Of a stretch of 64,000 nt of DNA, positions 19,547 to 29,075 are shown piece after piece (within the stretch, counting starts at the first letter, position 1; each line of letters begins with the position of its first letter). The stretch comes from a virus. Position numbers and translations under genes: made by a program. The notes beneath the pieces are model-generated. The model did no database searches, was not told the DNA's origin, and saw nothing but the letters and a program-made list of their open reading frames with translations. The DNA is taken from the IMG/VR virus record IMGVR_UViG_3300049433_000139, positions 19,753-83,752 of that record; one strand, 5' to 3'.

Positions 19547-21515
19547 GGGAGCGGGACCGGGCAACGCGCCGCGATGCCAAGCAGCGCGTTTAGCTTGCCT
19601 ATGGGATTAGTTGCGGAGCGCGGCAGCGACATGGTGCCGAAAAGATCGAACCAAGCCCACTGGTCAACCTCGCACGCTTTAGCGTTAGCGCGATCGACCG
19701 TGGCAAGCGCTTCGGTGTGCGTGACGAACGGACCAGCGAGCAGCGCAGTTCGCTTCCCGCGCCGCATGCTGACATAGTAGTCACAAACGTCTGTGCAGGG
19801 CATTACGCGGCGATCATGTTGCTGGAAACGTCACCGAACGCGGTGATTCGGCAGCCGTTGATGCAGTCCCAAGACTTGCCGCGCTGCACGAATACGTCCT
19901 TGCCGACGATCTTGAACATGGCTTTGTGCTTCGACTTGTAGTTCACGCTACGGGTATACGTGGTGACTGAAACCGAATTGCCGGCGTCCAAATTCGACAC
20001 GATAAAACGAAACATGCGACGAGCCTTATGCAGAGAAAGAATGCGGCCCGGTTTCATCTGTTCGTTGGTCATGGCGCGTCCTCGTTCTGATGCCGAGAAC
20101 TTACACCAAATTTGCAAACAGTCAACACATAATTGAACTAGTCACGCGGCTGTGACTACGCACAAGATTCGCATATCCAATCGTCACCCTCCGCCATTTC
20201 ACTCTGCTCAAACCACCAATTGCATTGTTCGCAGCAAAATACGAGTTGATCCAGTTCCGCACAGAACGCAGCATCATTTTCCAGGGCTTCGAATTCTTCC
20301 CCGAGGTTCGCAATCCCTTGACACGACCCTTCTAGACGTTCCGCAGCAATCCGTGCCATCTCGACGGGGGTGCTCACGCCGCCACCGGCACCAACAACGT
20401 CTCCGCCCGCGTCCCTCTGTTCCGGCAAGCCGCGCCACTCAACGGCCCGCGCCGGCCCGCAATCGCGGCTCGCCGCTCCGCCTCAGATCGCATCGCCGCG
20501 CGAATGTGATTCTTGAACATCCAAAAACGATTGCAAAAATCCTTCGGCCGCGGACCTTTCCAGGAGGACAGGTTAGACCAGACGTAAAGGCGAGTGGAGA
20601 GCGGGCGCCATTTGTAACAAAGGGATACGCGCGTGCCACTGAGGCGGACAACCGCGTGCCATTCGTGGGCATCGATGATTATATTTGGGGTGCGGTAAAG
20701 TGTGGTCATGGTTCCGAGTTCTCTTCGCGGGATTGGCGTTCCAAAGCATCCTCATCGGATTCCAATTCGCAAACACCATCCTTGCAGTTTTCAAACACTA
20801 AATATCCCAAACCGCAAACCCTACAATAAAATGGTTTACCGTTGTACGGATGGCGCTCGCCGCGTACTGCCCTGCTCACTTCCCTACCTCGCAAGCAATC
20901 GCATGCGCCTCTGCCCAAGGCAGGCCCGCATTGAGTAGGAGTCGAAGGGCGCGGCGGTAGGTCATGTGCGCGGCTCCGCGTCCGGCAGGATAAAATCGGT
21001 CGTCATTACAGACGCGTCCCACCCTTCGGCGTAGAGACGCTCAAAGCGCACCGCCGCACTTGGCGACATGATGTAAGCTTGCTCACGGTTCGTGTAGCGA
21101 TCGTTCGCTAGTCGCGCAGCAAGCCGGGCAGCGCGGGTTTTCCAGCCGTCCGAACTTGGGCAACGAACCGCCTTTTTACCCTTGGCGTAACGGGCGTTGC
21201 CGATCGTATATGCTGCGTCTTGGCTCATGCCCGCAAAGCTACAACAAATTTGCAAACAGTCAACAACTAATTGATGAAATCCGGCGCAAGGGCTGAAATA
21301 AATCCAGTCCGCTCCACCCGTTCGAACGTCGTCCCGTCTCGGGCATGTAGGGTTACTCGGTCGCCGTCGTTAAAACTAGGTGAAACCTGGAGGCGCGCTT
21401 GCTTCGGACACATCTTGGCCGCATCCTCGTCGTTCACGTCCCATATCAGGCGGCACACGGCGCAGTGCATCTGGTCGCTTCCGGTGTGGCGAGCTGCGCA
21501 GGGGGTTTCAAGCAT
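19543..21515 (-). CDS. Cluster of small hypothetical genes (19543-19803, 19803-20072, 20156-20377, 20374-20709, 20706-20918, 20962-21228, 21267-21515)
   Basis: Co-oriented coupled ORFs; several contain CxxC motifs. Confidence 0.6.
20098..20125 (-). promoter_or_regulatory. Phage promoter motif copy
   Basis: TCAA-TTATGTG-TTGACT-GTTTGCAAATTTGGTG-TAAGTT. Confidence 0.7.
21236..21263 (-). promoter_or_regulatory. Phage promoter motif copy (leaderless)
   Basis: TCAA-TTAGTTG-TTGACT-GTTTGCAAATTTGTTG-TAGCTT; ATG 7 nt downstream. Confidence 0.7.
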
Positions 21516-21939
21516 GCAGCACCGTGACGTCACCGCCCGAATGCGGGTCGTGCTTTACGGCGGCGCGTACCGCTGTCCCTGCACCAGCCCCCGCAAACAT
21601 CGCGCCGAGCGCGTAGTCCATGCCCGAACCGAAAGCGAAATATTCCGCTTCGCACCGGAACGAGCCATTCACTTCGAATACGTCGATTCCGCCAGCCTTA
21701 CGGAAGATCACGCCTCGGTCATGGTGACGTTCTGATTCGGTAGCCTTTGGCGGTTCGCCATTCTCGCCGGCAAGAAACCAGGCGATAAAAAGCGCGTTGA
21801 AATTCGCATTACCAGCCGCGCCGGCCATGTCGCCGTCATCCCGGCGCGCAATCTTGATCACGTTCCCCATCATCGTGCCGCCCTGATACATGACTGTATC
21901 AGCCGCAAGCACGCCGTCTTTGTACGCAATGGTTGTCAC
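21508..21939 (-). CDS. HslV/proteasome-beta-like Ntn peptidase
   Basis: (M)TTIAYKDGVLAADT N-terminus; GSGMDYALGAM; D..SGG. Confidence 0.75.
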   Translation of the reverse strand: MTTIAYKDGVLAADTVMYQGGTMMGNVIKIARRDDGDMAGAAGNANFNALFIAWFLAGENGEPPKATESERHHDRGVIFRKAGGIDVFEVNGSFRCEAEYFAFGSGMDYALGAMFAGAGAGTAVRAAVKHDPHSGGDVTVLHA

Positions 21940-22453
21940 GTTCCGCTCCCGCTTAGGCACGTCGCCACTGACAACCCATCTGCCCGCGCTTCCCCCACAG
22001 CCATTGCGACCACGGGATGCGTGTAACCTTGAATGTGCAGGAAGATCGGAGCGCCGGCCGCTATCCTGGCACGCTCTGCGTCAGTCGGTGCCCACGCGGA
22101 AATCATGAACCCCTCGTGGTCGCAGATTTCCAGTGTGCGGCAAGGGCCGTCTCTGTCAACGTTCCAGTTCTCGGGAGCGCCGAGACTTCGCGTCCTATCC
22201 GTGAGTGCGATGGATTTCATAAACCGGCCGCCCACTGTCCGCCGCAAGCCGTGATGGCTGCGCGCGCTTCGTCGCGCGTCTTAAACCCGTCAAGTTTCAT
22301 ATAATCGGATTGGATGGCGTATTCAGTGCGCGTTAAAATACTGGAGCGCACGAGATACGAAACGATATGATACTTCGTCCGCTCCAGCGTCTTGACGCCC
22401 ACCATGTAGCGCAGCGTATAAGTGCCGTCGGCATTGGCTTCTGCTCCAGTCAC
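21936..22453 (-). CDS. Two hypothetical proteins (21936-22220, 22217-22453)
   Basis: Coupled ORFs. Confidence 0.55.
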
Positions 22454-22902
22454 GACTGCGCCTCCAATGTCTGATAATAAAAACGGTGCAGAAAGGGTAG
22501 CGCGAACGGATCCCGCCCCACCTTGTTCATATGCCACGCCCACAGAATGCGCCCGGTGCGGCCGTTGCCGTCGGTGTAGGGATGCAGCATTTCGAACGCT
22601 ATGTGGGTGTTAAAGGGTGTGTTGGGTTTGTGAATACCGATCAAGAGGTTGATAAGGCGCTCGCGTATCTCAGGTCCGCCGGCCGGCGCGATGTAGTTTC
22701 CAACGCGCACGTCGAGGCCCAGCCGATCCCTTAAGTCGTGGCCAGGTGCGAACGCTTGCTGGACGTCGTTCAAGTCCTGCAGCGTGAGGTTCGGTAGGGC
22801 GAGGAAGTGCCGCGCTGCGCCGACCTCGCTGAGTTTCGGATCGCGGTGGATGCCCTCGATCGCGTTCGATTCGCGGAGGAAGGCAGTGAGTCGACTTGTC
22901 AT
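22450..22902 (-). CDS. Fic-domain protein (putative AMP transferase)
   Basis: ESNAIEG and HPYTDGNGRTGR catalytic motif. Confidence 0.9.
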   Translation of the reverse strand: MTSRLTAFLRESNAIEGIHRDPKLSEVGAARHFLALPNLTLQDLNDVQQAFAPGHDLRDRLGLDVRVGNYIAPAGGPEIRERLINLLIGIHKPNTPFNTHIAFEMLHPYTDGNGRTGRILWAWHMNKVGRDPFALPFLHRFYYQTLEAQS

Positions 22903-23026
22903 AGCGTAACCCATCCCACCGCCCATATCGCAATAGCTATCACGACATAACAAAACATCGCGAAACATACTAAAACAGTGTTATCCAAACTCGATAGACC
23001 GACTGAACTTGGTAGCGGAGGCGGAA

Positions 23027-23575
23027 TCACGCTGCCACTCCCCGAACCCCGGCCAACACCCGCAACGCCGCATTAGCCGCCCGCGTCTGCCCGATCGCAT
23101 CGTTAAGCGCCACATGCGGCGGCGGGACGCTGTAAAGCTTCGGGTCAAGGCCGGCTAGGTTATACAGCGTGCGAGTGCATTGGATGTTCCAGAACTTCCA
23201 CGGCGGTTCGATGCCGGCGCGACGATACAGTTCGCCGAGAATCGGCGCATCGAACGTTGCGCCATGGCACCAGATCATGCGCTGGAACACGTCCGGCTCT
23301 GCCCAAGACAACCACGCGGATATGTGTTCGAGCGCCGCTATGAGCGGGACGGCGCCTTGCGTCGCTGCAGCCCATGCGCCGGGATGCTTCGCTTCCTGAT
23401 CGTTCCACCAAGCCTGCGTTGCCGGGTCTATTTCCAATCCGAGCACTTGCTGGTCGGGAATGGAAATGTTGAGCGTCGTATGCACCTCGTCCGAAAAGCG
23501 CACGAACGCCGCGGCGAGCACTATGGCACCGGGACGTGTACCCAAAGTTTCGACGTCTGTCATGATGTGAGTCAT
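23027..23575 (-). CDS. DEDD-family 3'-5' exonuclease (Rv2179c/exoVIII-N-like)
   Basis: DVETLG, HGATFD, CTRT and HVALNDA motifs. Confidence 0.85.
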   Translation of the reverse strand: MTHIMTDVETLGTRPGAIVLAAAFVRFSDEVHTTLNISIPDQQVLGLEIDPATQAWWNDQEAKHPGAWAAATQGAVPLIAALEHISAWLSWAEPDVFQRMIWCHGATFDAPILGELYRRAGIEPPWKFWNIQCTRTLYNLAGLDPKLYSVPPPHVALNDAIGQTRAANAALRVLAGVRGVAA

Positions 23576-25941
23576 GCGTCCGTCTCCGCCGCTTTGACGA
23601 GTTCGGGTATATGCGCGGCTGCGATTCGACACGCCCACGCGACCGCTTCTCGGCGTTTCGTCGTCATGGTGATATGAGTGCCTGCGTTTTCCATAACGGA
23701 CGCGATGGATAGCAAGAGTTCGGAACCGTAAAGCGTGCCTTCCACTTCGTTCGCTTGCGTGACTACCGACGCACGATTAACGCGCCCTGCGTTAAGGTCC
23801 GGAACGAATACAGCGCTACCATCTATGTGGTATATCCAACCGCCGGGCACTTGCAGCCGATACGCATCTCCCAGCCCAAAGCCTTCCACTTGATGCATCT
23901 CGCCCTCCCGGCGTGGTTCGCCACTGTTCGCAAACCTACGCCGCATTTGCAAAAAGTCAACAGAAATCTAAAACGGCCGGCGTGACTTTCACATCGGCAC
24001 ACCCTATCCCCCACTGCATCAAACCCCGCGCCACCAGATCGTCAAGTTCGTCACGCCATAGGTAAGCGCGCCGGCCGGTGTCAGTGGTCGCGCGGAGCTG
24101 CGAGCAAACGAAGTACCATTGATGTTCTGTGACCAGGTAGCGGACGTGGAGCGCCAAGAAGCGGACCTGCGCTGGCGATAGGGGCTGTAGCGGCGGACTG
24201 GCGACGACGGGCACGCAGTCGCATTCGGGCCGGTGCTCGTGGCAGTTGCAGGTACGCGGAGGTAACGTGGTATGACAGGTCACACTGCCACCGCGCGCAC
24301 GTTGGCTTCCTTCATCTCGTCAAGCGATACTTCGCCAGTCGCGACAAGCACACCTTGAATATATCCAAGCCAACGCATCGCTTTGTCTTGCGACATGCCG
24401 GAGTCGATTTGCTGCACCATCCAACGCATGTGCGCGTAACCCAATCCCGTTGCGCCGCGATCAGGACAATCGCAGTACGGTTCGAGGTACTTCGCGTCAA
24501 TATCTTTCGCCGCTACGATACACTGGTTTAGGTTCAAGCCCCGCCTCCCCTGATAAAACAAAACATGCGTATCGGGTTTGTCACGAAGCAAGCCCGTAGT
24601 CGTTGGGATGCGCGTACGCATCAACAAAATACGGGTCCGCTACAAGTCCGTTCTCAACGCGGAGACTGCCTGCCGCGATCTGCCGCTGCCGGCGCGCAAC
24701 GGCGCGCTTGCCGTTCAACCCCGCTATTGCATTCCGCGCCGAGTGCCCTTCGCGTTTCGCCGTCCTTGTGCGGCGCCGATTCTCTCGCATCGCCTGTTCG
24801 TAAATACCCATCTTGACGAGGGCGCCCATGAGCGCTTCGGCCGATACGGCCAGGGCATCGGTGCCAGCGTTAACGGCACGCTGCATGAAGTTACGGGCGA
24901 ACGCAGCGGCTGCGGAAGGGCGATACATGCTGGTGCGCTCCAAGGGCTGTTGTGTCAACCTACAACCGATTTGCAAAAAGTCAACAGTTAAATACAGGCA
25001 AGCCATCCACGGTCACGGTATCGTCGTCCATATCCACTGCGTCCGGCGAGCAGGAGAGGAGTTCGCATGTGGTTTCGACTATCCAGTCCCACCTATCCGC
25101 GCGGGCCAGGAGGGCAGTAGCCGCCGTTGAGCCATCCAAGCGGCGGAGCGTCACGCGCTTGTCAGGCACGTAAGCAGCGCCGCGCAGGAGTTCGGGCGAG
25201 CGGTCGCGCAGGGCGGAAAAGGGGAGGACAGCACAAAGCAAATCATCTGCAGTCGTGCCAGACTTTAACTGCGGTTGCGCTCCCTCCGTGCTCGGGCGAG
25301 AAAAGAACCGCTCGGCACTTGGCGCCCCTTGCTTCCTTAGCGTCTCAACCGCAGCCGTTACCGCGAGCTGATGCTGCAGGGACGTTGCCGACCAGTCCAG
25401 CGCGGCGATGCGATCGGCGAGGGCGGCGTTTGTGAGGACGGTCATGATGTGGCCTTTCTGGCGCGGATCGCCGCAGCACCGTAACTGCCTGGATATTCCG
25501 TCTCAGGATTGAACTCATTATTCTTTGACAAAGCGGGACGTTCCGACTTGCCAGTGGTTATATCAATAACGGTGCCGTCATCGAGACGGACGCCGAAAAC
25601 GATATCGCCAAAGCGGTAATTGTTATTGTTGCCACGCAGGCCGTATCCCATATCCGGCACGACGCGCACGTCAAACCATCCGCCTTCCGGCGCCTGATAT
25701 GCGTATTTGCTGCTCCGCTTGATGCGGGCCACAAGTTGCTGCTCGGGTATCACAGCGCCCTCGCCTTTCTGACGCGCTTGAAGTTCTTGACGACGAACTC
25801 GCCAGGCTCGTGATCTTCCATCGGCGTCGTGTAGAAATTGCCGTGGATGCAATCCTTGACTTCGCGCAGCGCCAGCGCCTCGGTGCAAGGCTTGTCCATT
25901 CGAATCGTGACAGTAAAACTGTGGGTATGTTGCTTCGCCAT
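23572..25941 (-). CDS. Cluster of hypothetical genes (23572-23898, 23957-24283, 24280-24627, 24581-24928, 24981-25445, 25442-25753, 25750-25941)
   Basis: Co-oriented coupled ORFs grouped into promoter-headed cassettes. Confidence 0.6.
23933..23960 (-). promoter_or_regulatory. Phage promoter motif copy
   Basis: TTAG-ATTTCTG-TTGACT-TTTTGCAAATGCGGCG-TAGGTT. Confidence 0.7.
24957..24984 (-). promoter_or_regulatory. Phage promoter motif copy
   Basis: TTGACT-TTTTGCAAATCGGTTG-TAGGTT. Confidence 0.7.
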
Positions 25942-25982
25942 CTTCGTGTTCTAACTTACTTAGGGGTACGTTTCATCCTGTT

Positions 25983-26010
25983 AACCTACTGTGAATTTGT
26001 CGTAAGTCAA
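25983..26010 (-). promoter_or_regulatory. Phage promoter motif copy
   Basis: TCAC-TTATCTG-TTGACT-TACGACAAATTCACAG-TAGGTT. Confidence 0.65.
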
Positions 26011-26059
26011 CAGATAAGTGAGGTATCACGGGGTTGTGTTTGGGTGGCGGTCGCCAAGA

Positions 26060-26417
26060 GGTTCAATTACGTGTTGAATTTGAGGGGCAAAAATCTTTCA
26101 CTCGGGCGGCGACCGTTCATTTTCAAGTTATCCGTATAAAATGGGCATAACTTTTCCAAAATGTCCAAATGCCTTAGTGAACTTTCGTTTTTCAACATTT
26201 TTTTGGGAATTCTCTAAAAGCACTGTCAACACGTAATTGAACCAGTGGTGTGAGCGCCAGAATATGTTATCGAAAGTACCCCAAAAAAAATTCAATCGTT
26301 CATGTGCTTGATATTGTTAAGGAAACGACTGAATGTTTTTTCTAAAAAAGTTTCAGTGGCTCGGTATTTTCAACAGATAAGTGATATTTGCCCGTTTTAG
26401 GTTCAATTACGTGTTGA
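26060..26417. repeat. Three copies of GGTTCAATTACGTGTTGA in an AT-rich region
   Basis: 26060-26077 (+), 26226-26243 (-), 26400-26417 (+). Confidence 0.9.
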
Positions 26418-27061
26418 CGTTGTTTGACCAGTTCGGCGCGAGCAATGGCGTTTTTGCGTTTTGAGGACAAACGAGGTTTTGAACGCGCAGGGGTGCGTAA
26501 CTTGCGTTTCCGTCGCTTTATCATCTTCCGACCGCGCCGCTTTGCTGCCCCGCGCTCAATGGATTCTGCCGAGTGCTTCCGACCTTTGCTCGCGGCTCCA
26601 ATTCGTGCCTTAGATTCTGGAGTGTGCTTTGGTTTCGGTATGGGTTTCGGCTTTGGTTTTCGACTCTGAACAGTAGCCAAGCGACGCTCAATCGACTCTC
26701 GTGAGTGTATCAAACCCGGAGCACCTTGACCGCCGAGAGTGGTGTTCGCACAAAGAGGCCAGAGCAACCGTAGCGTGGCTATCCAATAGCGCTCGCGTTC
26801 CGACCAATCACCATCCGCCTGCACGGTCTCCATAGTCTGCACGCGGATGTGCTTACCGCAGCCACGTATCCACGCAGCAATCGCGCGGTGCGGGTGTTGC
26901 TTGGCGCCGTGGCGGTGCTCTGTGAGGCGTTTTTGTGCGGTGAAGATCGTTTTGCCGCAATAGAACGGGTATCCGTTCGACCAGCCGTTGGCGATCGTCT
27001 CGGGACGCGTATCAACGAGCCAATAGATTAGGGTTGGTGTGGAAACGGGACGGCGGGGCAC
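26342..27061 (-). CDS. GIY-YIG-like homing endonuclease with NUMOD3 repeats
   Basis: IYWL...FYCGKT...RL.EH...ERERYWI...N...GGQG; KHTPESKARIG repeats. Confidence 0.8.
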   Translation of the reverse strand: MPRRPVSTPTLIYWLVDTRPETIANGWSNGYPFYCGKTIFTAQKRLTEHRHGAKQHPHRAIAAWIRGCGKHIRVQTMETVQADGDWSERERYWIATLRLLWPLCANTTLGGQGAPGLIHSRESIERRLATVQSRKPKPKPIPKPKHTPESKARIGAASKGRKHSAESIERGAAKRRGRKMIKRRKRKLRTPARSKPRLSSKRKNAIARAELVKQRQHVIEPKTGKYHLSVENTEPLKLF

Positions 27062-27067
27062 ATGAAA

Positions 27068-27095
27068 AATGTACCGGAATTTTGCAAAAAGTCAA
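27068..27095 (-). promoter_or_regulatory. Phage promoter motif copy (leaderless)
   Basis: TTGACT-TTTTGCAAAATTCCGG-TACATT; GTG 6 nt downstream. Confidence 0.7.
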
Positions 27096-27169
27096 CAGAA
27101 TAGGGCGTATCTAGCAAAGTCCATCGACATCCGCTACAACCCGTCCCGACCGACGCGGAGGGAAACAGC

Positions 27170-27457
27170 ATGCGCCACGCACTTCCTTTACTGCTCCTGC
27201 TCGCTGCACCCGCTGCGGCAGCCACGCCCAACGAAACGGCGTGCATCTTGAAAGCCGCCGAGACCCTTCCGAAGATCGCAGGAATGCAAATTGGAAAGAG
27301 CCGCGCAACACTCCTGCCGGCCCCGCAGGGCTGGCAGTGGGGACCACCAATCAAAGTTGAAGTGGATTGGACCGCCGCGGGCCAAGCCGCAACGTGGGCG
27401 TATCTTTGCACCGTCGGGGATTCAGGGAACGCCGTGGTGCAGCGCCTGGCTAATTAG
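27170..27457 (+). CDS. Small secreted protein (counter-oriented moron)
   Basis: RBS GGAGG; signal peptide MRHALPLLLLLAAPAAAA; two Cys. Confidence 0.7.
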   Translation: MRHALPLLLLLAAPAAAATPNETACILKAAETLPKIAGMQIGKSRATLLPAPQGWQWGPPIKVEVDWTAAGQAATWAYLCTVGDSGNAVVQRLAN

Positions 27458-29075
27458 CAGGCAGTGCGACGCGTGGCGGCATGAACGCTGCTATCCTGGT
27501 GGCCAGCCATCTGAATTTGGGAACCGCCCAACTGTTACCAAGGCTTTTATAGCGCGGCCCGTCAGGGCAGGCGAGAGCGAGTTTGCGGCGCCATGGTATT
27601 GCCGTGTAGTCGGGTGACCACCAACGGCCGCTGTGGTCCTGCCACGCGCCGGGATAGGATGCGTGGACGCGAAACTGGAAACCCTGCAGGCGCTCGCACT
27701 CACGGGGCGTGAGACGTCGGACGGCCGAAGTGAGCACATGCGGCTTGTCACCACCACCACTGCTCGCGCGCAGCGCAAAGGCGCAGTCGTCGCCGAGTTC
27801 TGCCGTGCCGCCACCTTCACGGCCGCGCAGGGCTACTGTCATAGCAACAGCCAAGTGACCGCCACCATTTTGATGCGAGTTGGAGTGTCCCATGGCACGC
27901 ATTGTACTGGCGATTTCTCCAACGCCGAAACCTGATTGACCCGATGCCTTGCAATCGAATGCTATAATCGGCGTGCCTCGCCCTGTCCCATCCTCGCTTC
28001 CGTCCGCGCCTTCTGCTTTGAGAGCGTGAGATATCGGGCCGGTAACGCTCGTGACCGCAAGCATGGTGGTCGATTCGTAGTCTTGTGACGAACCCTCGCG
28101 CGTAGCGACACAACGCGCGAGTTGGGGAATGTACGTCTGCAGCGTGTCGTCGAAACTATCGTTACCCTTGGCCAATAGCGGACGAGACAGGACGGGTAGG
28201 AGGCCGCCGTCTAAGTCGAAATAGGTTCCAAGCCCGCCACCACCTGTAGTGCGGCTTGCAATTGTTCCGGTAACTCTTTGCCCCGCTTCTCTGCTCGGCG
28301 GAGAATCCCTGCGCACGCCTTCCGGCTCAAAAAGTACTGCGGCGGGATCGGCCCCGTTTCCAAAATCTGCGACAACGATGACACGCTCGCGTCGTTGGGC
28401 CAACTGAAAGTATTGAGCGTCCTTGACAGTCCACGCGGCGCGTCCTTTGGGTCCAATGACCACCCCGCTTCGAGGCCACTTGATGTAGTGTGACTTGTGT
28501 TTGGCGCTCCATCCCCACTGCCGGGAAGCGCGACCGGGCAAAGGGGCGGGCTCGGTAGGAATGAAGGCTGTTGCTGCTCCGACAAGTCCCGCAAGAAAGC
28601 ATCCAAACGCATTATCTTTGGTGCTGAGCACGCCGGGGACATTTTCCCACACGACGTTGCGGAGTCCATTACCATCAACAAGTTCATGTGCGAGTCCTAC
28701 GAATGCTAAGGTTAGGTTTCCGCGGGCGTCGTCCAGCGATGCGCGATTGCCGGCGATGGAAAAGGCTTGGCAGGGCGTGCCGCCACAGAGCACGTCAACG
28801 CGACCGAGGCGCGAAGTGCAGACCTTGGTAAAATCGCCGTGGTTGAGCACGCGGGGGTAGTGGTGACGCAGGACAGCGGAGGGAAACGGTTCAATCTCAG
28901 CGAAACCTACGGGACGCCAACCGAGCGGTGTCCACGCAACGCTTGCGGCCTCGATGCCGGAACAAACGGAAAAGAAGCGGATATCCGGTCCAAACAGGGA
29001 CCACGTTGCGTCTTGCAGGGATGTGCCTTGGTAGAGGACGTTGCGGCCTCGCCTAGTAGTGATGAGCACACTCAT
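27450..29075 (-). CDS. C5-cytosine DNA methyltransferase
   Basis: CSGIEA, GGTPCQAFS, ENVPG, QRRER, RRLTPRECERLQGF and LGNS motifs; start by ATGA overlap. Confidence 0.92.
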   Translation of the reverse strand: MSVLITTRRGRNVLYQGTSLQDATWSLFGPDIRFFSVCSGIEAASVAWTPLGWRPVGFAEIEPFPSAVLRHHYPRVLNHGDFTKVCTSRLGRVDVLCGGTPCQAFSIAGNRASLDDARGNLTLAFVGLAHELVDGNGLRNVVWENVPGVLSTKDNAFGCFLAGLVGAATAFIPTEPAPLPGRASRQWGWSAKHKSHYIKWPRSGVVIGPKGRAAWTVKDAQYFQLAQRRERVIVVADFGNGADPAAVLFEPEGVRRDSPPSREAGQRVTGTIASRTTGGGGLGTYFDLDGGLLPVLSRPLLAKGNDSFDDTLQTYIPQLARCVATREGSSQDYESTTMLAVTSVTGPISHALKAEGADGSEDGTGRGTPIIAFDCKASGQSGFGVGEIASTMRAMGHSNSHQNGGGHLAVAMTVALRGREGGGTAELGDDCAFALRASSGGGDKPHVLTSAVRRLTPRECERLQGFQFRVHASYPGAWQDHSGRWWSPDYTAIPWRRKLALACPDGPRYKSLGNSWAVPKFRWLATRIAAFMPPRVALPAN

